A DNA stretch of 12,670 bases from Candidatus Eiseniibacteriota bacterium. Lineage in GTDB: Bacteria; Eisenbacteria; RBG-16-71-46; CAZEPH01. The notes beneath the pieces are model-generated. The model saw only the letters and a program-made list of their open reading frames with translations. It had not been told where the DNA came from and did no database searches. This document shows positions 1 through 8,565 of the stretch, one piece after another. The stretch is taken from assembly GCA_044229145.1 (NCBI GenBank), contig JBGATO010000095.1, positions 1 to 12,670 on the forward strand, in the 5' to 3' direction. The translations under genes were made by a program, and so were the position numbers. Position 1 is the first letter of the stretch; every line of letters starts with the position of its first letter.

Positions 1-1
1 C

Positions 2-358
2 GACATCGAGACGACGCTGACGCTGCGCGCCCGCGACGCGCAGGCGTGGCGGCCGCCGGTGGTGCGCTCGATCGCCACCGCGCCGAACGGCGTCGCGGAC
101 GTGTGGACGGAGATCGAGCGCCACCAAGCGTTCCTGCGCGAGAGCGGACGCTTTGCCGAGCGGCGGCGCGCACGCGTCGAGGCGCGCATCCGTCAGCGCG
201 TGCGCGAGCGGCTCATCGACGAGTTGTGGCGCCGTGGCGATGTCGATCAAGCGGTGCATGCGGCGGTGGAGGCGGTGACCAACGGCGATGGCGGGCCGTA
301 CCGCGCCGCCGATGCGCTGGTGGAGTCCGTGATGGCGCGCGGGGCGATCGCGGGGTAG
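2..358 (+). CDS. meaB: 3' end of a methylmalonyl-CoA mutase-associated GTPase (MeaB/ArgK family), truncated by the window edge
   Basis: The frame is open from position 2: DIETTLTLRARDAQAWRPPVVRSIATAPNGVADVWTEIERHQAFLRESGRFAERRRAR...GPYRAADALV. This matches the MeaB/ArgK C-terminal pattern (WxPPV..., L..SG....RR, PYxAA). Stop TAG at 356-358. The GTPase motifs lie outside the window. Confidence 0.8.
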   Translation, partial: DIETTLTLRARDAQAWRPPVVRSIATAPNGVADVWTEIERHQAFLRESGRFAERRRARVEARIRQRVRERLIDELWRRGDVDQAVHAAVEAVTNGDGGPYRAADALVESVMARGAIAG

Positions 359-362
359 CGGC

Positions 363-1607
363 CTACGAGACGACCAACGCGTCGTCCTCGATCTCCGCCC
401 CCGCCGGCTTCGCCGCCTCTGTCACCGTCACCAACCCGCCGAACAGCCGGTACTCGTCCATGCGGCACGAGTTGACCAGTTCGCCCTTCCACACCGTCAT
501 GTCGGGGCAGGAGTCGCACATGTCGGCGTGGCCGCTGCCTTGGAGATCCGGGGCCTGGATGACGCTGATGCTCTGCACGTGCAGCGGGTCGAACAGACGC
601 GACGGATGCCGTACGACATCGCCCCACCAGGCCCGCGCGGCGGGCCGCAGCGCGCGATCCCACGCCGCCAGCGCCAGCACGCGGCGGCCGATGCGCGACG
701 ACGCGGGGTACGCGAGGTAGCGGCCGGTCGTCATGTGATGACCGGCCTGCGCGAGTTCCATCCCGCGGCGGCCGAGCGAGCCGTAGACGCGGCCGGGCCG
801 TCCCACCTGCACGCCGATCATCCACTTGAGCGACGAGTGCACCACGGTGCCGCCGAGATAGCCGGCGACGCGATACTCCGGCGCCGCGCGTCGCACCCAT
901 TCCACCACCTGCGGGCCGGTGACCAAGTTCTCGGGCAGCTGCTCCGTCGAATAGCCGAGCGCCTTCAAGTCGGCCGTCGCGCCGTCGACGGCACGCGCCT
1001 CGGTGCCGGCCAGCGCGAACCCGCGATAGGTGATGAACACCAGCCCGTGCACGCGTCCGATCTCGCCGCGCGCCCAGTCGACCACGGCCGGGATCTGGGC
1101 GACGGTGTCGGGATACACGGTGGCGTTGAAGATCAGCGACATGCCGCCGGCGGCGTGCACGCGACTCGTGATCTCGGCGCGATAGGCGTTCAGCGTTGCC
1201 TCGTCGGCGCCGTCCCACGCGGCGCGGCCCTGATGGCTGTCGACATGCACCGTGAACCCGGCGGCGCCGGCGCGGCGCAGCTCGCGCAGCATCTCGGGCG
1301 TCAGGTGCACGCCGTTGGTCAGCACGATCGGCTTGAGGCCGCGCGCGCGGACCAGCGCCACGATGTCGAGGATGCGCGGGTGCAGCAGCGGTTCGCCGCC
1401 GGCGATCGACACGTTGTCGGGGTTCCGCCACTGGGCGAAGTAGTCGACTTCCTCCTGCACGCGCTCGAACGGCTTGTGGCCGGTGAGGTGCTGGCGATAG
1501 CAGCCATCGCACGCCAGGTTGCAGGTGTCGGTGATCTCCAGCCAGGCGATCGGGTTGTCGTTGAGCGACCACGGCAGGCGATAGAGGTCGCGTTTGTCGA
1601 GGGTCAC
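363..1607 (-). CDS. Radical SAM protein (about 414 aa), function unknown
   Basis: CxxxCxxC motif (CNLACDGC, about 1500-1523), GGEPLLHP and LTNG motifs, and a C-terminal MCDSCPD...SC cysteine cluster. GTG start at 1607 with GGAGGA (1615-1620) upstream. The ORF-track extension to 1868 is low-complexity Pro/Arg sequence. Confidence 0.9.
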   Translation of the reverse strand: MTLDKRDLYRLPWSLNDNPIAWLEITDTCNLACDGCYRQHLTGHKPFERVQEEVDYFAQWRNPDNVSIAGGEPLLHPRILDIVALVRARGLKPIVLTNGVHLTPEMLRELRRAGAAGFTVHVDSHQGRAAWDGADEATLNAYRAEITSRVHAAGGMSLIFNATVYPDTVAQIPAVVDWARGEIGRVHGLVFITYRGFALAGTEARAVDGATADLKALGYSTEQLPENLVTGPQVVEWVRRAAPEYRVAGYLGGTVVHSSLKWMIGVQVGRPGRVYGSLGRRGMELAQAGHHMTTGRYLAYPASSRIGRRVLALAAWDRALRPAARAWWGDVVRHPSRLFDPLHVQSISVIQAPDLQGSGHADMCDSCPDMTVWKGELVNSCRMDEYRLFGGLVTVTEAAKPAGAEIEDDALVVS

Positions 1608-1885
1608 GGGGTCATCCTCCCGATGAGGTTCGCTGGGGGGACGCACGCACCCGCACGGAGGTCCGCGCCGGGCACCGCTCAGAGATGAGGCTGCGCTCGC
1701 GGCGCGCCGGTGACGATGGTATCGATCGTGGCGCCGCGCCTGCGCCGGAGGGCGGCGTGGTTCTGCGCACGGTGGCGCAGGCGGCGGCTGGTCCGGTTGC
1801 CGGGCGCCGGGGCGGGTGCTAGGGTCGATGGCTCGACGCCCGCGCAGGAGGCGCGGCGGCAACGGCAACGCGGAGACGGAAACGC

Positions 1886-2626
1886 ATGAGCGTGCGGTTT
1901 TCCAAGGCTATCGTGGTCGGCGGCTCGTCCGGGATCGGCGCGGCCCTCGCCACGCAGTTGGCCCGCGAGGGCGCCGACGTCGCCATCCTGGCGCGCCGCG
2001 CCGAGGAGTTGCAGCAGGTCGCCGACACCGTGCCCGGCAAGATTCGCGGCTACGTCCACGACGTCGCCCGCGCCGACGAGATCCCGGCGATGTTCGAGCG
2101 CGTGGTGGCCGACCTCGGCGGGCTCGACTGCCTGGTCTACGCCGCCGGCGTGATGCCAAAGGTGGCCGAAGACGAATATCCCACCGACAACGACCGCCTC
2201 ATGGTCGACGTCAACGTGACCGGCGCCATCGCCTGGATCAATCCGGCGGCGGCGCGCTTCCAGGCGGCGCGCGGCGGCACCATCGTCGGCATCTCGAGCA
2301 TCGCCGGCGAACGCGGGCGTCGCGGCAATCCGGTCTACTGCACCACCAAGGCCGCGCTCTCGACCTACCTCGAGGCGATCCGCAATCGCACCGCGCGCTA
2401 CGGCGTCAACGTGGTGACGGTGAAGCCGGGATTCGTCGCCACGCGCATGACGCAGGGCGTGGCGAAGACGCCGATGATCATCTCGGCGGAGAAGGCGGCG
2501 GATCTTTCGCTGCGACTCGCCAAGCGCGGGTCGAGCGCCAGCGGCTTCGTGCCGGGGCAGTGGCTCCTGGTGGCGCTGATCATTCGCCACATCCCGTCGT
2601 GGCTCTTCCGGAAGACCAACATCTGA
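1886..2626 (+). CDS. dprE2: Short-chain dehydrogenase/reductase, DprE2-like (246 aa)
   Basis: GGSSGIG Rossmann motif. SSIAGERGRRGNPVYCTTK (catalytic S and YxxxK) resembles DprE2 SSxAGERxRRxNxVYGxxK. VKPGFV.T.MT motif present. Lies 1 nt upstream of a DprE1-like gene. Confidence 0.75.
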   Translation: MSVRFSKAIVVGGSSGIGAALATQLAREGADVAILARRAEELQQVADTVPGKIRGYVHDVARADEIPAMFERVVADLGGLDCLVYAAGVMPKVAEDEYPTDNDRLMVDVNVTGAIAWINPAAARFQAARGGTIVGISSIAGERGRRGNPVYCTTKAALSTYLEAIRNRTARYGVNVVTVKPGFVATRMTQGVAKTPMIISAEKAADLSLRLAKRGSSASGFVPGQWLLVALIIRHIPSWLFRKTNI

Positions 2627-2627
2627 C

Positions 2628-4058
2628 ATGAGCACCGGGACCTTGCGGTACGACGCGCCGTGGCGCGTGCTCGACGGATACGGCCGCGCGGTCAACGCCG
2701 CCTGCCGCTTCGCCGCGCCGCGTTCCACCGACGAACTCGCCGCGCTGCTCGCACGCGCCGCCGCCGAGGAACTGCCGGTGGCGTTCCGGGGCGCCGGCCG
2801 CTCGTACGGCGACGCCGCGCTGAGCACCCGCGGGCTCGTCCTCGACCTCACCGCGCTCGACCGCGTGAATTCCTGGGATCCGGCGTCCGGCATCATCGAC
2901 ACCGCGCCCGGCCTCACGATCGAAGGCTTGTGGCGGCGCACCATCGAGGATGGCTACTGGCCGGCGGTGGTGCCCGGCACGATGTTCCCGACGCTGGGCG
3001 GCTGCCTGGCGATGAACGTGCACGGCAAGAACAACTACCGCGTCGGCCCGATCGGCGATCACGTGCTCGACCTCGACCTGCTGACGCCGGCGGGCGAGTT
3101 GCTGCACTGCTCGCGCGAGGAGAACGCCGACGTCTTCCACGCCGTCATCGGCGGCATGGGATTGCTCGGCGCCATCGTGCGGTTGCGCCTCAAGCTCAAG
3201 AAGGTCGACACCGGATTGTTGCGCGTGCGCTCGGTCTCCACCCGCACGCTGCCCGAGATGTTCGACTGCTTCGAGGAATGGATGCCGCAGGCCGACTACT
3301 GCGTCGGCTGGGTGGATTGCATCGCCGGCGGCATGGGCCTCGGGCGCGGCCAAGTGCACGTCGCCCACTACACGCACGCCGATGAAATCGCGAACCCGCG
3401 GCACACGCTGCACGTCGAGAATCAAGGCTTGCCGCCGCACATCCTCGGCGTGCCGCGCAGCGTGTTGTGGCGCTTCATGGCGGCGTTCACCAACGATCTC
3501 GGCATGCGCTTCATCAACGCCGGCAAATATCACTCGTCGTGGCGTGAGCACGGGACCTCGACGCTGCAATCGCACGTCGCCTTCGCCTTCCTGCTCGACT
3601 ACGTGCCGAACTGGCGGTTGGCGTACGGCCCCGACGGCTTCATCCAATACCAGGTGTTCGTGCCGCACGCGACGGCGCGCGAGACGATGGTCGACGTGCT
3701 CAAGATCTGCCAGCAGCACGATCTGCCGTCGTACCTCGGCGTGCTCAAGCGGCACCGGCCGGATCCGTTCCTGATGACGCACGCGCTCGACGGCTGGTCG
3801 ATGGCGATGGACTTCGCGGTGCCGCACGACAAGCGCGCCCGCGTCTGGCGGATGACCGAGCAACTCACGGAACGCGTGCTGGCGGCGGGCGGCAAGTTCT
3901 ACTTCGCCAAGGACGCGGTGTTGCAGCCCGAGCACGTGCGCCGGGCCTACGGCGAGGACACGCTGGCGCGCTTCGCGGCGATCAAGCGGCGGCTCGATCC
4001 GCAGGGCGTGTTGCGGAGCGATCTCGCCGAGCGCGTCGGGATCACCCACGCGGCGTAA
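2628..4058 (+). CDS. dprE1: FAD-binding oxidoreductase, DprE1-like (VAO/PCMH fold, 476 aa)
   Basis: RGAGRSYGDAA, PAVVPGT..TLGG..A.NVHGKN, GGMGLLG, FIQYQ, GGKFYFAKD and LDPQG..RSDLAER motifs are characteristic of DprE1-family proteins. Confidence 0.8.
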   Translation: MSTGTLRYDAPWRVLDGYGRAVNAACRFAAPRSTDELAALLARAAAEELPVAFRGAGRSYGDAALSTRGLVLDLTALDRVNSWDPASGIIDTAPGLTIEGLWRRTIEDGYWPAVVPGTMFPTLGGCLAMNVHGKNNYRVGPIGDHVLDLDLLTPAGELLHCSREENADVFHAVIGGMGLLGAIVRLRLKLKKVDTGLLRVRSVSTRTLPEMFDCFEEWMPQADYCVGWVDCIAGGMGLGRGQVHVAHYTHADEIANPRHTLHVENQGLPPHILGVPRSVLWRFMAAFTNDLGMRFINAGKYHSSWREHGTSTLQSHVAFAFLLDYVPNWRLAYGPDGFIQYQVFVPHATARETMVDVLKICQQHDLPSYLGVLKRHRPDPFLMTHALDGWSMAMDFAVPHDKRARVWRMTEQLTERVLAAGGKFYFAKDAVLQPEHVRRAYGEDTLARFAAIKRRLDPQGVLRSDLAERVGITHAA

Positions 4059-4157
4059 GCGGTCCCCCCTGCCACCAAGGCCTACCTAGGTCGCGCTGAC
4101 CGCCGCCCACCGACGCGCTACGCTGGGGCGGTGATGGAGAGTTCCCGCCGCTGCGCC

Positions 4158-4637
4158 TCACATGGTGTGGCAGGCGAAGCAGAGCGCGCTCTGCCGCAGA
4201 GGCCGCGACAGTTGCCCGTCGGTTCCGGAACCCGGCGCGTGACAGCTCACGCATTGCACGCGCCCGTCGGGCAACGGCAGGATGCGCGCGACCTCGGCCG
4301 GATCGCGCAGGGTGGCGCGGTTCTGCCGCCAGGCAGCGGCGTACTCGATGTCTACCGGATGCCCGTGTTCGCCCGAGGCGCCGTCCCGCAGTTGGGGGAC
4401 CTCGCCGATGTCCTCGGCCATGCTGCCGTCGTGACAGCCGAGGCAGCTCCGCGTCCCTCCCGCGGCCGCATGCAGCCAGCCGCCGGCCGGGGCCGGTTCG
4501 TTCGTCCAGACGGCGCGTTCCGCGCTCTCGCCTGGCGTCATGTCGGCCGCCGGAATGCGGTTGGGACATCCGCTCCGGGGTTCCGAATGCAAGGGGGCGG
4601 CGACGCTCAGCGCCGCAGCCACGATGATCCATCTCAC
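4158..4637 (-). CDS. Secreted triheme c-type cytochrome, short OmcE-like paralogue (about 159 aa)
   Basis: Three CxxCH motifs (CLGCHDG, CVSCH, CFACH), an HPV motif and a QSALCxxCH end shared with the gene at 7667. Signal peptide MRWIIVAAALSVAAPLHS from GTG at 4637, with GGAGG at 4647-4651. Confidence 0.85.
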   Translation of the reverse strand: MRWIIVAAALSVAAPLHSEPRSGCPNRIPAADMTPGESAERAVWTNEPAPAGGWLHAAAGGTRSCLGCHDGSMAEDIGEVPQLRDGASGEHGHPVDIEYAAAWRQNRATLRDPAEVARILPLPDGRVQCVSCHAPGSGTDGQLSRPLRQSALCFACHTM

Positions 4638-4771
4638 GCTGCCCTGCCTCCCTGCGACGTGTCGCACTACTCCGTGAGCGACACATCGGCGATCCCGGCG
4701 GGGCGCTGCAGATCGGGGGATTGCGCTGCACGGCGCGTGGGTGGGGCGACCCAGCGACCGGGAGGGTGGGC

Positions 4772-6052
4772 GTGACGGCGCGGATCCTCGGTAGCGAATC
4801 GGAGCAGGGACGCAGCGGCACGGTGCGGCCGCCGGCTTTCCGGCGGCTCGACCAGCAGCTCAGCCGCCTCCAGCGCTTCCTGGTCGGCTTGGTCGTGATC
4901 ATCGCGCTGCTCCCCGCGACGACGTTCTTCGTCCTCGAGGTCCGTGGCATCCGGCGGCGGCGGTTGGGTGCCTGCAGTACTCCACCCAGATCTATTTCTC
5001 GCAGATGCGCGGCACCACGAATCCGGCGGTCATCCGCGACATCCTGCGCCGGCAGATGGTGGTGCAGGGGCACAACTTCCTCCGCGTGCGTGACGACCGG
5101 GGCCGCGACCTGATCTGGCTCGGCGAGCCGCGGCGGTCGCTCCTGCCCAACACGCAAGTCTGCTGGATCGCCCCCGAGGCGCGGCCGTACCGCGAGGTCA
5201 TCGTCCAGGTCGATGACCGGCCACTCTTGGCGCGCACCGCGCGCGTTCTCGGGATCCACCTGCTGGTGGCCGCCATCCTGGCGTTCGTCGTCTACCAGGT
5301 GCCGATGCGCGCCCTGCGGCACGCGATCGGCGAGGTCGAGAATAGTCACGCGCAGTTGGTGCACTCGGACCGGCTGAGTTCGATCGGCGAGATGTACGCC
5401 GGGCTCGCCCATGAGGTGAACAATCCGCTCGGCATCATGCTGACGCGCGTGCAGTTACTGATCGACGGGGCGCCGCGACACGGGTTGCCGGCGGACGTCG
5501 TCAGCGAACTCGAACTGGTCCATCGGCATGGCCAGCGCATCGCCGAGATCATCCGCGGTCTGCTCGCCTTCGCGCGGCGGACCTCCAGCGACATGCGGCC
5601 CGCGAGCTTGAATGCGGTGCTGGGCGACGCCTGTCTGCTGGTGGAGCGCGCCTTCGCCAAACAGGGCATCACTCTCGAGCGGCAGCTCGATGCCGGTTTG
5701 CCGGAGATCCAGGCGAGCCCCGATCAACTCTTGCAGGTGTTCGTCAACCTGCTGACCAACGCCCGTGATGCCATGCCGGAGGGCGGCACGATCACCCTCC
5801 GCAGCCATCGCGCGCCCCATGGCGTGGTCGCCGAGGTGCAGGACACCGGCGTCGGCATCACCGAGGAGGCGATGGGGCGGCTCTTCGAACCTTTTTTCAC
5901 GACGAAGGAAGTCGGCAAGGGAACCGGCCTAGGACTTGCCGTGAGCTACGGCATCGTCCGCGCCCATCGCGGCGACATCGAAGTGCGGAGCGCGCCGGGT
6001 GCCGGCTGCCGTCTTCCGCGTCTTTCTGCCTGTGAATGGAGCCGAGGGATGA
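4772..6052 (+). CDS. Membrane sensor histidine kinase, NtrB-like (about 426 aa after repairing frameshifts near 4960 and 6007)
   Basis: GGAGG at 4761-4765 then GTG at 4772. TM1 (FLVGLVVIIALLPATTFFVL) is in one frame. TM2, H-box AHEVNNPL, N-box NLLTNARDAM, DTGVGI, FEPFFTTK and GTGLGL are in the next frame. The terminal strand AVFRVFLPVNGAEG* reads from 6008 and ends at TGA 6050-6052, overlapping the next ATG. Confidence 0.85.
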
Positions 6053-7427
6053 GCCAGCGACCGGCCACCATCCTCATCGTCGACGACGAACTCGACATGG
6101 CCGAGGGCGTCAGCCTGGTGCTGCGCGCGCTCGGACACCACACGCATGTCGAGCAGGATAGCTCGCGCGCCCTGGCGGCGGTGCAAGACCTCCACCCCGA
6201 CCTGCTGATCACCGATCTCAACATGCCGGGGCTCAACGGCTTGCAGCTGCTCGAACTCGTCCACGCGAAGCACGCCTCGCTGCCCGTCATGGTGCTGACC
6301 GGCTACGCCTCGGTGGAGTCGGCGGTGGACGCGATGAAGCTCGGGGCCATCGACTACCTCGCGAAGCCGTTCTCCAACGACGAACTCGTGGTGCGCGTCG
6401 ACCGCATCCTCGAAAGGGCGCGCATCGAAGAAGAGAATCGCATCCTGCGCGAGCAGGTCGAAGGGCTCGACGATGCGCGCCAGATCGTCGCGACGACGCC
6501 CGAGATGCAGTCGGTCCTGCACCTGATCCACAAGGTGGCCGCCACCGATGCGCGCGTCCTCCTCATCGGCGAGAGCGGGACGGGCAAAGAGTTGGTGGCG
6601 AGGACGATACACCGTGCGTCGCCCCGCGCCCGCGGGCCCTTCTTCGGCGTGAACTGCGGGGCGCTCAACGAGAACCTCCTGGAGTCGGAGCTGTTCGGAC
6701 ACGAGCGCGGCGCCTTCACCGGGGCGATCTCCACCAAGCGCGGGATCTTCGAAATGGCGCGCGGCGGCACGCTGTTCCTCGACGAGGTCTCGGAGACCAC
6801 CGGTGCCTTCCAAACCGAGCTGCTCCGCGTGGTGCAGGAGAGCGAGTTCCTCCGCGTCGGCGGGACGACGCCGATCAAGACCGACGTGCGCTTGATCGCC
6901 TCGAGCAATCGCGATCCGCGGCAGTGCGTGAGCGAAGGGCGGCTGCGCGAGGATCTCTACTATCGTCTGAGCGTCGTGCAGGTGCGCCTGCCGCCGCTGC
7001 GCGAGCGGCTGGACGACATCACGCCGCTCGCCGAGCACTTCCTGCGGCTGTACGCCGCGCAGATCAAGAAGCGCGTCCGCGGCATCCTCCCGACGCGATG
7101 GACGTGTTGCGCCGGTACACCTGGCCGGGCAACATCCGCGAGTTGGAGAACGTGATCGAGCGCGCGGTGATCATGGTGGAGGACAGCGACGAAGTGCACG
7201 TCGAGGACTTGCCGCTCGATCTCGTGCACGCGTCCACGCCGATGGTCGCGGCCGTGCAGACCGCGCCCGGCGAGGAACTCCGCGAAGCCGAGCGCACGCT
7301 GCTGCTGCGCACCCTGCGTGAGTGCAACTGGAACCGCAGCCTGGCGGCGAAGCGCCTGGGGATCGGGCGCCGCACGCTCTACGACAAGTTGGATCGCCTC
7401 GGAATCTCTCTCCACCCCACGGTGTGG
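6049..7427 (+). CDS. Sigma-54-dependent response regulator (REC-AAA+-HTH, NtrC family); frameshift near 7090; 3' end uncertain (reads through to 7670 as written)
   Basis: ATG at 6049. Receiver motifs LIVDDE, TDLNMPG and KPF; Walker A GESGTGKE; GAFTGA; Walker B LFLDEV; REDLYYRL. After the shift come YTWPGNIRELENVIERA and a Fis-type HTH (NRSLAAKRLGIGRRTLYDKL). Confidence 0.9.
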
Positions 7428-7450
7428 CTGCCGTGTGCGCCCGCTCACCC

Positions 7451-7488
7451 GCGCAGGCGGGCCGCACAAATGTGCGGGCAGCCGCACA
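7451..7488. promoter_or_regulatory. Candidate enhancer (UAS) for a sigma-54 activator
   Basis: Perfect palindrome TGTGCGG-gcag-CCGCACA at 7471-7488, plus an imperfect copy 20 bp upstream (7451-7468). Located about 100 bp upstream of a -24/-12 promoter. Confidence 0.7.
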
Positions 7489-7583
7489 GCCGGGCGTCAC
7501 GCACCACCAGGCCGGATTTCAGCCAATCGTCTAAAATGTTGGCACGAAACGATATAGCTGGCGAGTGCGGACTCGTCCACAAC

Positions 7584-7598
7584 TGGCAAGCCGATTGC
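7584..7598 (+). promoter_or_regulatory. Sigma-54 (-24/-12) promoter for the OmcE-like gene
   Basis: TGGCAAGCCGATTGC has exact GG-N10-GC spacing and is close to the TGGCAC-N5-TTGC consensus. It lies about 70 nt upstream of ATG 7667. Confidence 0.75.
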
Positions 7599-7666
7599 CC
7601 TTCCATGAATCTGGCCTTTGGCCCCGCAATGAACTTCGCACGTTGGACTTTACAGAGGATGGAATC

Positions 7667-8349
7667 ATGAAAGGCATCGGATGGATGGTGGGAATGGCCG
7701 TCGTTGGGGCGACCTTCTTGATCATCGTGCCGGGCACGCTCAAGGTGACGGCACAGACCACGCAGGGCATCGTGGGTTCGGCGCACGACGGATCTCCGTA
7801 CGACTCGAAGCAGGAGATCTGCACGCACTGCCACACGCCGCACAGCGCTGACATCACTGTCAACGACGCGCCGCTGTGGAACCACGAGGTGACGGTGAAG
7901 AACTTCGCCACCTGCTCGAGCGCCACGCTCAACGCGACCGTCGGCCAGCCGGATGGGTCGTCGAAGCTGTGTCTGTCCTGCCCGACGGCACCGTCGCGGT
8001 GGACAGCTACGGCGGCGAGCACGGGTACTACTTCCTGAGTGGTGCGGACGCGGTGGGTGCCGGCCCGAATGACTTGAAGGACGACCACCCGGTCAGCTTC
8101 ACCTACGACACCAACTTGGCCAACAACGACGGTGGTCTGTTCGACCCGTCGACCAAGACGGTCACGATCGGTTCCGGAAGCTTCACGAAGAGCGGTACCT
8201 TGACCCAGACGATGTTGATCGGGGGCAAGGTGCAGTGTGCGTCGTGTCACGACGTGCACAACGACTACGTGGCGGCCGACAACGCGGACCCGCTTCTCAA
8301 GGTCACGCGCACGCAGAGCGCGCTCTGCTTGAGCTGCCACAACAAGTAG
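7667..8349 (+). CDS. omcE: OmcE-like secreted tetraheme c-type cytochrome, candidate nanowire subunit (about 227 aa after repairing a 1-nt deletion near 7982)
   Basis: GAGGA RBS and a signal peptide, then SAHD...EICTHCHTPH...PLWN...SKLCLSC[H]DG...DLKDDHPVSF...VQCASCHDVH...PLLK...SALCLSCHNK*. This is the motif order I recall for Geobacter OmcE. Inserting one A (tgc c[a]c gac) joins ORFs 7565-8038 and 7876-8349 and restores the second CxxCH. Confidence 0.85.
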
Positions 8350-8363
8350 CCAGCACGCGATTC

Positions 8364-8404
8364 CGAACCCCGGCCGCCTCGCGGTGGCCGGGGTTCGTTC
8401 GTCT
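8364..8404 (+). terminator. Probable intrinsic terminator or stabilising hairpin after the OmcE-like gene
   Basis: 15-bp stem CGAACCCCGGCCGCC / GGTGGCCGGGGTTCG (one G-U pair) with a TCGC loop, 14 nt after the stop. It is followed by a weak U-tract (TTCGTCT). Confidence 0.7.
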
Positions 8405-8423
8405 CCGCCGCCGCACGTTCGGG

Positions 8424-8485
8424 CCGCACACGGTGTGCGGTTCGCCGTACAAATGCGCCGCACATCGTGTGCGGATATGCGCACA
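8424..8485. promoter_or_regulatory. Tandem candidate enhancer (UAS) array
   Basis: Two units 34 bp apart: CCGCACA-cgg-TGTGCGG-ttcg-CCGTACA (8424-8451) and CCGCACA-tcg-TGTGCGG-atat-GCGCACA (8458-8485). Same motif as at 7462-7488. Confidence 0.7.
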
Positions 8486-8565
8486 GGTGATCAGGTGAGC
8501 GCGCACTCGACCGCGCAAGTCGTGACCAGGACTGCGCCCTCCGTCGCCTCGTGGGGTGCGGAGGG

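Noticed and set aside
1608..1885. ORF extension of the radical SAM gene, or a riboswitch in the divergent intergenic region (GATGAGG occurs twice)
   Set aside because: A good RBS and GTG sit at 1607-1620. I could not match SAM, cobalamin or other riboswitch cores.
4059..4157. Possible bidirectional terminator between convergent genes
   Set aside because: Only an imperfect GC stem with a long loop and no U-tract is present.
5005..7155. Apparent 716-aa kinase-receiver-AAA+ fusion protein
   Set aside because: The kinase's terminal strand (AVFRVFLP...*) lies in another frame from 6008 and ends with an ATGA overlap at 6049-6052. The fusion results from a frameshift.
7539..7556. TTGGCACG perfect -24 element
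   Set aside because: There is no GC at the -12 position (it is followed by AAACGATAT). The site at 7584 has correct spacing.
8411..8490. Short repeats as a possible CRISPR array or REP element
   Set aside because: The units are 7-bp half-sites with no unique spacers and no cas genes. They are better explained as activator binding sites.
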